Below, piece after piece: positions 9,461 through 19,897 of a stretch of 64,000 nt of DNA (position 1 is the stretch's first letter; each line of letters opens with the position of its first letter). Below the pieces are notes generated by a model. That model was given only the letters and a program-made list of their open reading frames with translations, was not told the origin of the DNA and searched no databases. Made by a program: the position numbers and the translations under genes. The stretch covers positions 226,750 through 290,749 of the forward strand of contig JAURFD010000001.1 of the NCBI GenBank assembly GCA_030827125.1. The letters are read 5' to 3'. The DNA comes from Candidatus Nanopelagicales bacterium. GTDB lineage: Bacteria > Actinomycetota > Actinomycetes > S36-B12.

Positions 9461-10906
9461 GTGAGCGACAAGCGCGTGTTGCAGAACATCGTGGGTGGCG
9501 AGCGAGTGGCTGCCGTTTCCGGGCAGACCCAGGACCTGGTCAATCCGACGACCGGCGAGGTCTTCGCCGAGTCACCCGTCTCGGGCCAGGAGGACATCGA
9601 CCGTGCCTATGCCGCCGCCTCGGGGGCGTTTGAAGGCTGGCGGGATTCCACCCCTGGTGAGCGGCAGAAGGCCATCTTGAATATCGCGGACCTCTTCGAG
9701 GAGCACGCGGAGGAGCTGGTCGCCCTCGAGAGCGAGAACACCGGCAAGCCGGTGGCCGTGACCATGGCGGAGGAGATTCCGCCGATGATCGATCAGATCC
9801 GGTTCTTCGCGGGGGCGGCACGTGTCCTCGAGGGCCGTGCCACCAGTGAATACATGCAGGGCTTCACGTCGATGATCCGCCGAGAGCCCGTCGGTGTCGT
9901 AGGTCAGGTCACCCCCTGGAACTACCCCATGATGATGGCGGTCTGGAAGTACATCCCGGCGATCGCCGCCGGCAACACAGTGGTGCTGAAGCCGTCCGAC
10001 ACCACTCCCGTGTCGACGCTGCGCATGGCGGAACTCATCGCCGATGCGGGCTTGCTGCCCCCGGGCGTCTTGAACGTCGTCACCGGTGATCGCGACACCG
10101 GCCGTGCCCTGGTGAGTCACCCGACACCGCAGATGGTGTCGATCACGGGATCGGTCCGCGCTGGCATGGAGGTGGCCGCCGAGGCATCACGCGATGTCAA
10201 GCGGGTCCACCTCGAACTCGGCGGCAAGGCCCCCATCGTCATCTTCGACGATGCCGATGTCGAGGCCGCTGCTGAATGGTTGGCCGTCGCCGGCTACTTC
10301 AACGCCGGCCAGGACTGCACGGCCGCCACGCGCATGATCGTGGCACCGGGGATCTATGACGACTTCGTCGCCGCGATCTCGGCGCAGGCGGCAGCAACAA
10401 GCACCACCTTCGAGGAAGGCCCCGGGGGAGAGGCCCTGGTGCCACCGGTCAACAACGCCAACCAACTCGAGCGCGTCCTCGGCTTCCTCGAGCGCGTCCC
10501 GAGCCACGCCGAGATCAAGGTCGGCGGCAAGCGCCAGGGTGATCGTGGCTACTTCATCGAGCCCACCGTGGTGGCCGACTTGCGGCAGGACGACGAGATG
10601 ATCCAGAACGAGATCTTCGGACCGGTCATCACGGTCCAGAAGTTCAGTGACGAAGCCGAGGCACTGGCGTGGGCCAACGGGGTCAACTACGGCCTGGCCT
10701 CGTCGGTCTGGACGCGGGACATTGGTCGAGCGATGAGGATGGCACGCAACCTCGACTTCGGCTGCGTCTGGATCAATACGCACATCCCGCTCGTGGCCGA
10801 GATGCCGCACGGTGGCTTCAAGCACTCCGGGTACGGCAAGGACCTGTCGATGTACGGGTTCGAGGACTACACGCGCATCAAGCACGTCATGGTCAGCCTC
10901 GACTAG
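9461..10906 (+). CDS. NAD-dependent aldehyde dehydrogenase, gamma-aminobutyraldehyde dehydrogenase-like
   Basis: ALDH motifs ELGGKAP and the catalytic-Cys context [12 protein letters not shown] start at 9461; the track ORF start at 9119 overlaps the divergent gene. Confidence 0.8.
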   Translation: MSDKRVLQNIVGGERVAAVSGQTQDLVNPTTGEVFAESPVSGQEDIDRAYAAASGAFEGWRDSTPGERQKAILNIADLFEEHAEELVALESENTGKPVAVTMAEEIPPMIDQIRFFAGAARVLEGRATSEYMQGFTSMIRREPVGVVGQVTPWNYPMMMAVWKYIPAIAAGNTVVLKPSDTTPVSTLRMAELIADAGLLPPGVLNVVTGDRDTGRALVSHPTPQMVSITGSVRAGMEVAAEASRDVKRVHLELGGKAPIVIFDDADVEAAAEWLAVAGYFNAGQDCTAATRMIVAPGIYDDFVAAISAQAAATSTTFEEGPGGEALVPPVNNANQLERVLGFLERVPSHAEIKVGGKRQGDRGYFIEPTVVADLRQDDEMIQNEIFGPVITVQKFSDEAEALAWANGVNYGLASSVWTRDIGRAMRMARNLDFGCVWINTHIPLVAEMPHGGFKHSGYGKDLSMYGFEDYTRIKHVMVSLD

Positions 10907-10922
10907 GTCTCGCCCAAACTTT

Positions 10923-10983
10923 GTTGAGTGGCGGGTTGTTGACGGATTTTCCGTCGAAAACCGTCAACAACCCGCCACTCAAC
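10923..10983. terminator. Perfect 23-bp-stem hairpin between convergent genes (candidate bidirectional terminator or structured element)
   Basis: GTTGAGTGGCGGGTTGTTGACGG (10923-10945) is the exact reverse complement of CCGTCAACAACCCGCCACTCAAC (10961-10983). The 15-nt spacer can extend the stem by TTTT/AAAA. Confidence 0.6.
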
Positions 10984-10995
10984 AGGCGGTAGCGG

Positions 10996-11041
10996 CATGG
11001 GGAAGGGCCCGGCTCCATCTGGAGCCGGGCCCTTCCCCATG
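10996..11041. terminator. Perfect 21-bp-stem, 4-nt-loop GC-rich hairpin (candidate bidirectional intrinsic terminator)
   Basis: CATGGGGAAGGGCCCGGCTCC, loop ATCT, GGAGCCGGGCCCTTCCCCATG. It lies 18 nt from the stop of the minus-strand binding-protein gene. Confidence 0.65.
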
Positions 11042-11058
11042 CGGTCGTTGCCGCGTGG

Positions 11059-12285
11059 CTAGTTGCCACCCTCATTCAACGTGACCTCGATCGGTGTGAA
11101 TCCATCACCCGTCGTATTCAGGCCCATTGCGCTGAGTTCAGCGTTCGCGGCCTCCGCGAACTGGTTGGTGTAGGCATCCGCAGAGGGCTCTGCGGTGATG
11201 ACCGTGACACCCTCGAGGTTGGGGGTGTTCAGGGAGATCGCCACGGTCTGCGCCCACGCAGCCGGGTCCATCACGCCCACGCCGTTCGGTGAGGGCCAGA
11301 TCAACTTGTTGATCTCATTCATCATCCACAGCTGATGGCTGGCGCCGAGCTGTGAACCGTTCGCCGTCACGATGTCCGCGCACTCCTGTGCGTTATCGCG
11401 GCAGTAGATCCAACCCTGGAGCGAGGCCGTGACGAATCGCTGGGTCAGATCCTGGTATGCAGCATCGGCGAGGCGCTCCTGGGAGGCCCAGATCGCATCC
11501 TGGAGCATGCCGACGCCGTACTCGGTGTAGTTGATGACGGTGAAGTCCTCCGGCTTGTACAGCTCGCCGGTATCGGGATTCACAGCCTCAAGCAACTGCG
11601 CGTACTCGTTGTAGGTCATGGCCTCGGCCGCGTCGATCTCACGGTTGAGCAGCGCGAGCATGTCGAACTGCTGCTGGACGAGTTCGACGTCCTTGGCCGG
11701 GTCGAGGCCCTCCTTGGCGAGCGCCGCGAAGATCTCGTACTCGTTGCCGAAGCCCCAGTTGCCGATCTTCTTGCCCTTGAAGTCCGCGGGGGTGCTGATG
11801 CCGGAGTCGGCCCAGGCCACCTGCAAAGTGCCGGAGCGCTGGAAGACCTGTGCCACGTCCACGATGCCGGCGCCCTGCTCGCGGGAGCTCAGGGCCTTGG
11901 GCACCCAGGAGATGGCAAAGTCCGAGCCACCCTGAGCCAGGACCGTCTGCGGCACGATGTCGACGCCGCCTTCGAGGATGGTGACGTCAAGGCACTGCTC
12001 CTCGTAGAAGCCGAGGTCCTTGGCGGCGTAGTAGCCGGCAAACTGCGCCTGAACGAACCACTGCAGTTGCAGGGACGCGGGCGTGAGTTCGGCGCACGTC
12101 TCGGCGGCCTCGGTCGACTCGGCCGGGGCGGCCTCGCTGGACTCCGACGACGCGGAGGACTCGGCCGGGGCCGAACTGGAATCGCCGGAAGTGCTGCCAC
12201 CGCCGCAGGCCGCAAGAACGAACGCGGCTGCGGAGACAACGCCGACGACGGCCGCCGCGCGGCCGCGCGGTGAGATCCGCTTCAT
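11059..12285 (-). CDS. ABC transporter substrate-binding lipoprotein (NMT1/THI5-like, NitT/TauT class)
   Basis: Lipoprotein signal MKRISPRGRAAAVVGVVSAAAFVLAAC is followed by a Ser/Glu/Ala-rich linker. It is the last gene of a permease, ATPase, permease and binding-protein operon. Confidence 0.7.
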   Translation of the reverse strand: MKRISPRGRAAAVVGVVSAAAFVLAACGGGSTSGDSSSAPAESSASSESSEAAPAESTEAAETCAELTPASLQLQWFVQAQFAGYYAAKDLGFYEEQCLDVTILEGGVDIVPQTVLAQGGSDFAISWVPKALSSREQGAGIVDVAQVFQRSGTLQVAWADSGISTPADFKGKKIGNWGFGNEYEIFAALAKEGLDPAKDVELVQQQFDMLALLNREIDAAEAMTYNEYAQLLEAVNPDTGELYKPEDFTVINYTEYGVGMLQDAIWASQERLADAAYQDLTQRFVTASLQGWIYCRDNAQECADIVTANGSQLGASHQLWMMNEINKLIWPSPNGVGVMDPAAWAQTVAISLNTPNLEGVTVITAEPSADAYTNQFAEAANAELSAMGLNTTGDGFTPIEVTLNEGGN

Positions 12286-12305
12286 AGTGTTCCTTTCTAG
12301 TGGGT

Positions 12306-13076
12306 TCAGGCTGATCGGGAGCGATCAGCCCACGGGGTCGTCCACCGCTCCAGGGCGATAGTGACCAGGTAGAAGACAAGTCCGGTAATGATGGCCGCGA
12401 CGACATAGGCCCACGCCCGACCGTAGGCGGTGTTCGCGGCAGAACTTGCGATACGGCTGCCGAGTCCCTCCTGTGGCCCTCCGAAGTACTCGGCAACCAG
12501 TGCCGCAATGACGGACAGGGGAGCGGCGATCTTAAGGCCGGTGAAGAAGAACGGGATGGCGTTGGGCACCCGCAGGATGCGGAGCACCGTGCGCGGCTTG
12601 GCGTTCATTGAGCGCATGAGTTCCAACTGCACCGGTTGGACCTGCACCAGGCCACGCGTGACGTTCACCAGCATGGGGAAGAAGACGATGATCATGGTCA
12701 CGAGCACGCGTGGTGTGCGGCTCGTAATACTGAACATGTTGTTCAGGATAGGCGTCAATGCGATGATCGGGACCGCAGCGAGGCCCGCCGCGAGCGGCGT
12801 TATCAGGTTGTTAACAACGATGAAGCGCTGCGCCAGGAACGCCATGATGACGCCCACGATCGTCCCGAGCACCAGCCCGAGGAACGCGGTCGTTGCGGTG
12901 TAGATCGCGGTGCCCCACATGAGGGACACATCCCCGAAGAAGTTCTGCGCGATAAGACTGGGAGCCGGGAGGAGATAGGGCTGGATGTCCTGAACGACCA
13001 CGATGGCCTGCCAGGCGGCCAGGACGAGAACGCCGATGAGGATCGGCGGCCAGATGAACCTCAGGCGATCGGTCAT
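12306..13076 (-). CDS. ABC transporter permease (NitT/TauT family)
   Basis: 256 aa polytopic membrane protein with a BPD-type permease layout. Its start overlaps the upstream ATPase stop by 1 nt. Confidence 0.75.
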   Translation of the reverse strand: MTDRLRFIWPPILIGVLVLAAWQAIVVVQDIQPYLLPAPSLIAQNFFGDVSLMWGTAIYTATTAFLGLVLGTIVGVIMAFLAQRFIVVNNLITPLAAGLAAVPIIALTPILNNMFSITSRTPRVLVTMIIVFFPMLVNVTRGLVQVQPVQLELMRSMNAKPRTVLRILRVPNAIPFFFTGLKIAAPLSVIAALVAEYFGGPQEGLGSRIASSAANTAYGRAWAYVVAAIITGLVFYLVTIALERWTTPWADRSRSA

Positions 13077-13894
13077 CAGACCTCGCCAATCCGAGCCCGT
13101 GCCTCCGCGCCCCCGACGCGTCCCCGGAGTGCCTCTCGGACGGCGGTCACCGCGTGGAAGAAGTCATCCGACTCGCGGGTGTCCTCGTCACGGTCGGCAC
13201 CGAGGGGGACCGGCACGATGTCGGTGATGCGTCCAGGGCGCGGTGACATCACGACGACGCGATCGGAGAGGTAGACCGCCTCGGGGATCGAATGTGTGAC
13301 GAAGACAATCGACTTCCCCGTCTCGCGGCGAATACGCAAGAGCTCGTTCTGCATGCGCTCACGCGTCATCTCGTCGAGGGCGCCGAAGGGCTCATCCATG
13401 AGCAGCAGTGGCGGATCGACGGCCAGGGACCGAGCGATGGCTACGCGTTGCTGCATGCCTCCGGACAACTGCCACGGTCGATGCTCGGCGAAGTCAGACA
13501 GTTGCACCATCTCGAGTAGTTCGAGTGCGCGCTCTCGCCGTTTGTCCTTGCTCCAGCCCATCAACTCCAATGGCAACTCGACATTCCGGCGCACAGTGCG
13601 CCACTCGAAAAGAGCTGCCTGCTGGAAGGCCATGCCATAGAGCTGCTTTTGGCGAGCCTCGTGCGGGGTGACGCCAGCGACCGTCATCTCGCCCCGGGTC
13701 GCTTCCGTAAGGTCGGCAATCACGCGCAAAAGGGTGGACTTGCCGCAGCCGGACGGTCCAATGAGAGAGACGAACTCACCGGTCTGAACCGTCATATCAA
13801 TGTCCTGAAGGGCCGTGACCTCGCCCAACTGGCCCTCGTTGAAGATCTTCCAGACCCCCTCGGCGAGTACCGCGGTCTGCGTCGCGTCTGTCAT
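13076..13894 (-). CDS. ABC transporter ATP-binding protein (NitT/TauT family)
   Basis: Walker A GPSGCGKST, signature LSGGMQQR, Walker B LLLMDEP. Start ATG 13894 overlaps the upstream permease stop (ATGA); the track ORF extension to 14320 is discounted. Confidence 0.85.
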   Translation of the reverse strand: MTDATQTAVLAEGVWKIFNEGQLGEVTALQDIDMTVQTGEFVSLIGPSGCGKSTLLRVIADLTEATRGEMTVAGVTPHEARQKQLYGMAFQQAALFEWRTVRRNVELPLELMGWSKDKRRERALELLEMVQLSDFAEHRPWQLSGGMQQRVAIARSLAVDPPLLLMDEPFGALDEMTRERMQNELLRIRRETGKSIVFVTHSIPEAVYLSDRVVVMSPRPGRITDIVPVPLGADRDEDTRESDDFFHAVTAVREALRGRVGGAEARARIGEV

Positions 13895-14796
13895 GCGCTG
13901 TTCTCCTTGGGCAGGTGTCGAGTGAGATAGACGTCGAGGGCCGCGACGAGCGCTGCCACGATGAGGCCCATCGCGAGGGCCCCGAAGACCGCCACGTAGA
14001 CCTTGGCGGGCTGCGAGGTGATCTGGCGTGCGTACTCGATGAGCAGGCGACCGATCCCGCCCCGTACACCCGTGGAGATTTCGGCAACGACGGTGCCCAC
14101 CACGGCGGCCGCTGCGGAAACCTTCAGCGCCGGAACCAGGTAGGGCACCGACGAAGGGAAGCGGAGTTTGCGCAGCGTTTGGCCTGGCGTGGCCGCGTAG
14201 GAGCGCATCAATTCCAGTGCGGTCGCAGTCGGTGCATGCAACCCGCGAAGCGCTCCGACGGAGACAGGGAAGAAGGCGAGGTAAGCGGCGATGAACATCA
14301 CCGAGTACGTCGTGTTCCATTCGATGGGGCCGATGGTGATGCGGTTGCCGATCCCCACGATGAGGGGGGCAAGCGCGATGAGTGGCACCGTCTGCGACGC
14401 GATGACGAAGGGCAGCAGGCCGCGCTCCATGAACAGGAACCGCTGCATGATCACCGCGAGAAGCAGGCCCACGCCCGCGCCGATGATGAAGCCACCGCCC
14501 GCAAGAAGGAGCGAACGCAAGGTTGCGGAGATGACCGCCTCAAGCACCGTGGTGTCCGATCCGCGGACTTCGGGCTCGCCCATCGCGGCAATCATCGTCC
14601 ACACGTGCGGCATGGTCATGTCGGAGGTGTTGAAGGGCATCGACATGATCGTCCCGAGCCACTTCGCCAATTCCCACATGAGCACGGCGATGCCGATGCC
14701 GGCGAGCGCCCACAGCAGCGAGATGCCGCCGTTGCGCAGCCGTCGACCCAGCCCACTGGAGCGGCGCGGCCGATCATCGGTCGCGATGCTGCTCAC
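13891..14796 (-). CDS. ABC transporter permease (second permease of the same system)
   Basis: 301 aa polytopic membrane protein, paralogous in layout to 12306-13076. Confidence 0.75.
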   Translation of the reverse strand: MSSIATDDRPRRSSGLGRRLRNGGISLLWALAGIGIAVLMWELAKWLGTIMSMPFNTSDMTMPHVWTMIAAMGEPEVRGSDTTVLEAVISATLRSLLLAGGGFIIGAGVGLLLAVIMQRFLFMERGLLPFVIASQTVPLIALAPLIVGIGNRITIGPIEWNTTYSVMFIAAYLAFFPVSVGALRGLHAPTATALELMRSYAATPGQTLRKLRFPSSVPYLVPALKVSAAAAVVGTVVAEISTGVRGGIGRLLIEYARQITSQPAKVYVAVFGALAMGLIVAALVAALDVYLTRHLPKENSA

Positions 14797-14822
14797 CTCA
14801 TGTCCTCCTTGAGTTCAAGCGC

Positions 14823-15839
14823 TCAGGACTTGGCGTCCACCGTCTCGGCAATGGCGGGGAGGATGCGCTCGCCGTACTCCAGCAGCGTGTGGTCCTTGTC
14901 GTCATGCTGCAGGTAGACGGCGAACTGATCGACGCCGAGCGCCTTCAACTCCTCGAGGCGGCGAATATGCTCCTCGGGCGGTCCGATGATGCAGAACCGG
15001 TCGATGATCTCGTCCGGAACGAAGTCCGTGTGAGTGTTGCCGGCTCGTCCGTGCTGGTTGTAGTCGTAGCCCTGTCGGTCCTTGATGTAGTCGGTCAGAG
15101 CCTTGGGCACGCCACCTCCCTCGCCGTAGCGCTCAACGATGTCGGCGACGTGGTTGCCCACCATGCCCCCGAACCAGCGCAACTGGTCGCGGGCGTGCTC
15201 GACGTCGTCGGTGACGTAGGCGGGAGCCGCTACGCAGATATAGATGTCGTCGGGGTTGCGCCCCGCAGCCTCGGCAGCGTTGCGCACGGCCTCGATGGTC
15301 CAGGCGGCGATCTGGGGATCGGCGAGTTGCAGGATGAAGCCGTCACCGACCTCACCGGTGAGGGCGAGCACCTTGGGGCCGTACGCCGCGACGAACACCT
15401 CGGTATGCCCGTCCGTGGCCCAGGGCAGTCGAATGCTGCTGCCCTTGTAGTCGATGGGGCGACCGTTGGTGAGGTCCTTGAGTTGGACGACGGCCTCTCG
15501 GAGTTCGGCCACGGTCACCGGCTTGCCGTTGGTTACGCGAACGGCCGAGTCACCACGTCCGATGCCGATGACGGTGCGATTGCCGTACATCTCATTGAGC
15601 GTCGCGAAAACCGATGCCGTTACCGTGAGGTCACGGGTGGCCGGATTGGTCACCATGGGACCGACGATGACCTTGCGTGTTTCGTCGAGGATGCGCGAGT
15701 AGATGACGTACGGCTCCTCCCACAGGATGTGCGAGTCGAAGGTCCAGACGTAGTCGAATCCGAGGGTCTCCGCCCGCTTCGCCAGGTCCACGACGCGGGA
15801 CGCAGGAGGGGTGCACTGAAGTACGACACCGAGATCCAT
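14823..15839 (-). CDS. Luciferase-like monooxygenase (LLM) class flavin/F420-dependent oxidoreductase
   Basis: 338 aa with a Mer/LLM-type TIM-barrel sequence (GFDYVWTFDSHILWEEPY, VAAYGPKVLALTGEVGDGFILQLADP). It resembles the LLM subfamily usually annotated as F420-dependent. Confidence 0.7.
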   Translation of the reverse strand: MDLGVVLQCTPPASRVVDLAKRAETLGFDYVWTFDSHILWEEPYVIYSRILDETRKVIVGPMVTNPATRDLTVTASVFATLNEMYGNRTVIGIGRGDSAVRVTNGKPVTVAELREAVVQLKDLTNGRPIDYKGSSIRLPWATDGHTEVFVAAYGPKVLALTGEVGDGFILQLADPQIAAWTIEAVRNAAEAAGRNPDDIYICVAAPAYVTDDVEHARDQLRWFGGMVGNHVADIVERYGEGGGVPKALTDYIKDRQGYDYNQHGRAGNTHTDFVPDEIIDRFCIIGPPEEHIRRLEELKALGVDQFAVYLQHDDKDHTLLEYGERILPAIAETVDAKS

Positions 15840-15847
15840 GTTTGCTC

Positions 15848-17335
<1,488 letters not shown>

Positions 17336-17404
17336 GGCACTCCCGTTCCTTGATGTGATGGGTTTGCTTGCCCGGGCGAGGGTGACACCCGAGTGTTGCT
17401 GAGG

Positions 17405-18817
17405 CTAGATGAGGTACTGCGACAGTCCGCGCTTGAGGTACCGGCCGCGGCCCTTGGTGCCGTGGAAGCCACTATCGTCCACGAGCACCTCACCGCGGGA
17501 CATGACGACATCGACGTGGCCGTCAATCTCGTAGCCCTCCCATGCGCTGTGATCCATGTTCATGTGGTGGGTCTTGTCGTAGCCGATGCTCGTGTGTCCG
17601 TTGGGGTCGTAGACGACGATGTCGGCGTCCGATCCGGGGGCAATGGCGCCCTTCTGCGGGTAGAGCCCGAACATGCGAGCGGGCGTGGTCGAGCACAACT
17701 CGACCCAGCGCTGGACGCTGAGTTTGCCATCCGCGACGCCCTGGTAGATCAGGTCCATGCGGTGTTCAACGGAGCCGATGCCGTTGGGGATCTTGGAAAA
17801 GTCCCCGACTCCGAGCTCCTTCTGCTCCTTCATGCAGAAGGGGCAGTGGTCCGTGCTCACGATCGATAGGTCGTTCGTGCGCAGGTAGCGCCACAACTCG
17901 TCCTGATGTCCCTCTTCGCGCGACCGCAGCGGCGTCGAGCACACCCACTTGGCGCCCTCGAAACCGGGAGCGCCAAGGTTGTCCTCCAGGGAGAGGTAGA
18001 GGTACTGCGGGCAGGTCTCCCCGAAGACGTTGAGGCCGAGGTCGCGCGCCTCCTGAAGAGTTCGCACGGCCTGCTTGGCCGACATGTGCACGATGTACAG
18101 CGGAGCGCCCGTCATCCGGGCGAGCATGATCGCGCGGTGTGTCGCCTCCTCCTCGGTCTCCCAGGGGCGCGTGAGGCCGTGGTTGATGGGGGCGGTCTCG
18201 CCGCGGGCGAGGGCCTGGCTCACCAGAACGTCGATGGCGATGCCGTTCTCGGCGTGCATCATGATCATGGAGCCGTTGTTCTTGGCCGTTTGCATGGCGC
18301 GCAGGATCTGGCCGTCGTCGCTGTAGAAGACACCTGGGTAGGCCATGAAGAGTTTGAAACTCGTGACGCCCTCGTCGACGAGTTCGTCCATCGCCTTGAG
18401 TGAGTCGTCATCGACGCCGCCGATGATCTGGTGGAAGCCGTAGTCGATGAAGCAGTTGCCGTCGGCCTTGGCGTGCCACGCGGCCAGGCCGTCTTGGACC
18501 CGCTCACCGTACTTTTGGACAGCGAAGTCGATGATCGTCGTGGTGCCGCCCCAGGCCGCCGCCCGTGTGCCGGTCTCAAAGGTGTCCGACGCAAAGGTGC
18601 CCCCGAAGGGAAGTTCCATGTGGGTGTGCGCGTCGATGCCACCGGGAACGACATATTTGCCGGCCGCGTCGATGACCCGATCAACCTGGGCGGCCAAGTC
18701 ATCGACGTGGGGCCCGGGCTCGTACAAGGCGGCGATGGTCTCCCCGTCCACGAGGACGTCCATCGCCTGAGCCCCTTGGGGACTCACCACGAGTCCATTG
18801 CGGATGAGTGTGCGCAT
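17405..18817 (-). CDS. Dihydropyrimidinase / D-hydantoinase
   Basis: Cyclic amidohydrolase metal site GGIDAHTHMELPF, the carboxylated-Lys context SFKLFMAY, and MMHAENG. Confidence 0.85.
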   Translation of the reverse strand: MRTLIRNGLVVSPQGAQAMDVLVDGETIAALYEPGPHVDDLAAQVDRVIDAAGKYVVPGGIDAHTHMELPFGGTFASDTFETGTRAAAWGGTTTIIDFAVQKYGERVQDGLAAWHAKADGNCFIDYGFHQIIGGVDDDSLKAMDELVDEGVTSFKLFMAYPGVFYSDDGQILRAMQTAKNNGSMIMMHAENGIAIDVLVSQALARGETAPINHGLTRPWETEEEATHRAIMLARMTGAPLYIVHMSAKQAVRTLQEARDLGLNVFGETCPQYLYLSLEDNLGAPGFEGAKWVCSTPLRSREEGHQDELWRYLRTNDLSIVSTDHCPFCMKEQKELGVGDFSKIPNGIGSVEHRMDLIYQGVADGKLSVQRWVELCSTTPARMFGLYPQKGAIAPGSDADIVVYDPNGHTSIGYDKTHHMNMDHSAWEGYEIDGHVDVVMSRGEVLVDDSGFHGTKGRGRYLKRGLSQYLI

Positions 18818-18834
18818 CGTGACTCCTTTGCAGA

Positions 18835-19674
18835 TCAGGGGCGGGTCAGGTCGCCGTACGCGTCGGGGCGGCGGTCGCGGTAGAAGGGCCAGCGGTTGCG
18901 GACCGTGGTGATGAGGTCCATGTCGAGGTCGCGGACGACGAGCTCGGGCTGGTAGGGATCGGCGGGCTCCCCGACGAACTTGCCTTCCGGATCGACGAAG
19001 TAGCTGGTGCCGTAGAAGTCATCGTCGCCGAGATCCTCGATTCCGACGCGATTGATCGCGCCAATGAAGTATTCGTTGGCAACGGCGGAGGCTGGCTGCT
19101 CAAGCTTCCACAGGTAGCCCGAGAGGCCCCGCGAGGTGGCCGAGGGGTTGAACACGATCTGCGCACCGTTGAGACCGAGCGCGCGCCAGCCCTCGGGGAA
19201 GTGGCGATCAAAGCAGATGTAGACGCCGATCTTGCCGACTGCGGTGTCGAAGACCGGATAGCCCAGGTTGCCCGGCCGGAAGTAGAACTTCTCCCAGAAG
19301 CCGGGCACATGGGGAATGTGCGTCTTGCGGTACTTGCCGAGGTATGTGCCGTCGGCATCCACAACGGCGGCGGTGTTGTAGAGGACCCCGGGCTGCTCTT
19401 CCTCGTACATCGGGAGCACCATCACCATGCCGAGCTCCGCCGCGAGGGCCTGGAACCGCTCCGTCGTGGGGCCGGGGATGCTCTCGGCGTACTTGTAGTA
19501 CTCGGTGTCCTGCACCTGGCAGAAGTAGGGACCGTAGAAGAGTTCCTGGAAGCACATGACCTTGGCCCCCTGGGCCGCCGCCTGCCGCGCGTACTCCTCG
19601 TGGGCCACGATCATGGACTCTTTGTCGCCCGTCCAGTTGGTCTGCACAAGGGCCGCCCGCACTACCGACATCAC
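18835..19674 (-). CDS. Carbon-nitrogen hydrolase: beta-ureidopropionase / N-carbamoyl-amino-acid amidohydrolase
   Basis: Nitrilase-superfamily Glu-Lys-Cys triad contexts are visible: MCFQELF, YRKTHIP, GVYICFDRHFPE. Confidence 0.8.
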   Translation of the reverse strand: MMSVVRAALVQTNWTGDKESMIVAHEEYARQAAAQGAKVMCFQELFYGPYFCQVQDTEYYKYAESIPGPTTERFQALAAELGMVMVLPMYEEEQPGVLYNTAAVVDADGTYLGKYRKTHIPHVPGFWEKFYFRPGNLGYPVFDTAVGKIGVYICFDRHFPEGWRALGLNGAQIVFNPSATSRGLSGYLWKLEQPASAVANEYFIGAINRVGIEDLGDDDFYGTSYFVDPEGKFVGEPADPYQPELVVRDLDMDLITTVRNRWPFYRDRRPDAYGDLTRP

Positions 19675-19897
19675 GCCTCCTCATCTCACGGGCGCCTCGC
19701 GCCCGAAGCGGCACCGTGCCGCAGTACGCGCCCCCACGCGCCTTGATCACCCTAGTGACCGTCGCGCTCCGCGTACGCGGAATCTGACTCCGGTAACGCT
19801 TCCATCTCACCGATCCGACTGCCACCCAGCAGCCGCTGTCCATGGATAGGCTGTGCGGAGGTGCCCGGGCTCCGGGTCCCTCACCGTGGAGGTTTTG

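Noticed and set aside
10923-10983. Miniature inverted-repeat transposable element (MITE).
   Set aside because: - I found only a single copy in the window.
- There are no target-site duplications or terminal repeats distinct from the hairpin itself.
- Its position between convergent genes fits a terminator.

I kept it as a low-interest finding because whole-genome copy number cannot be checked here.
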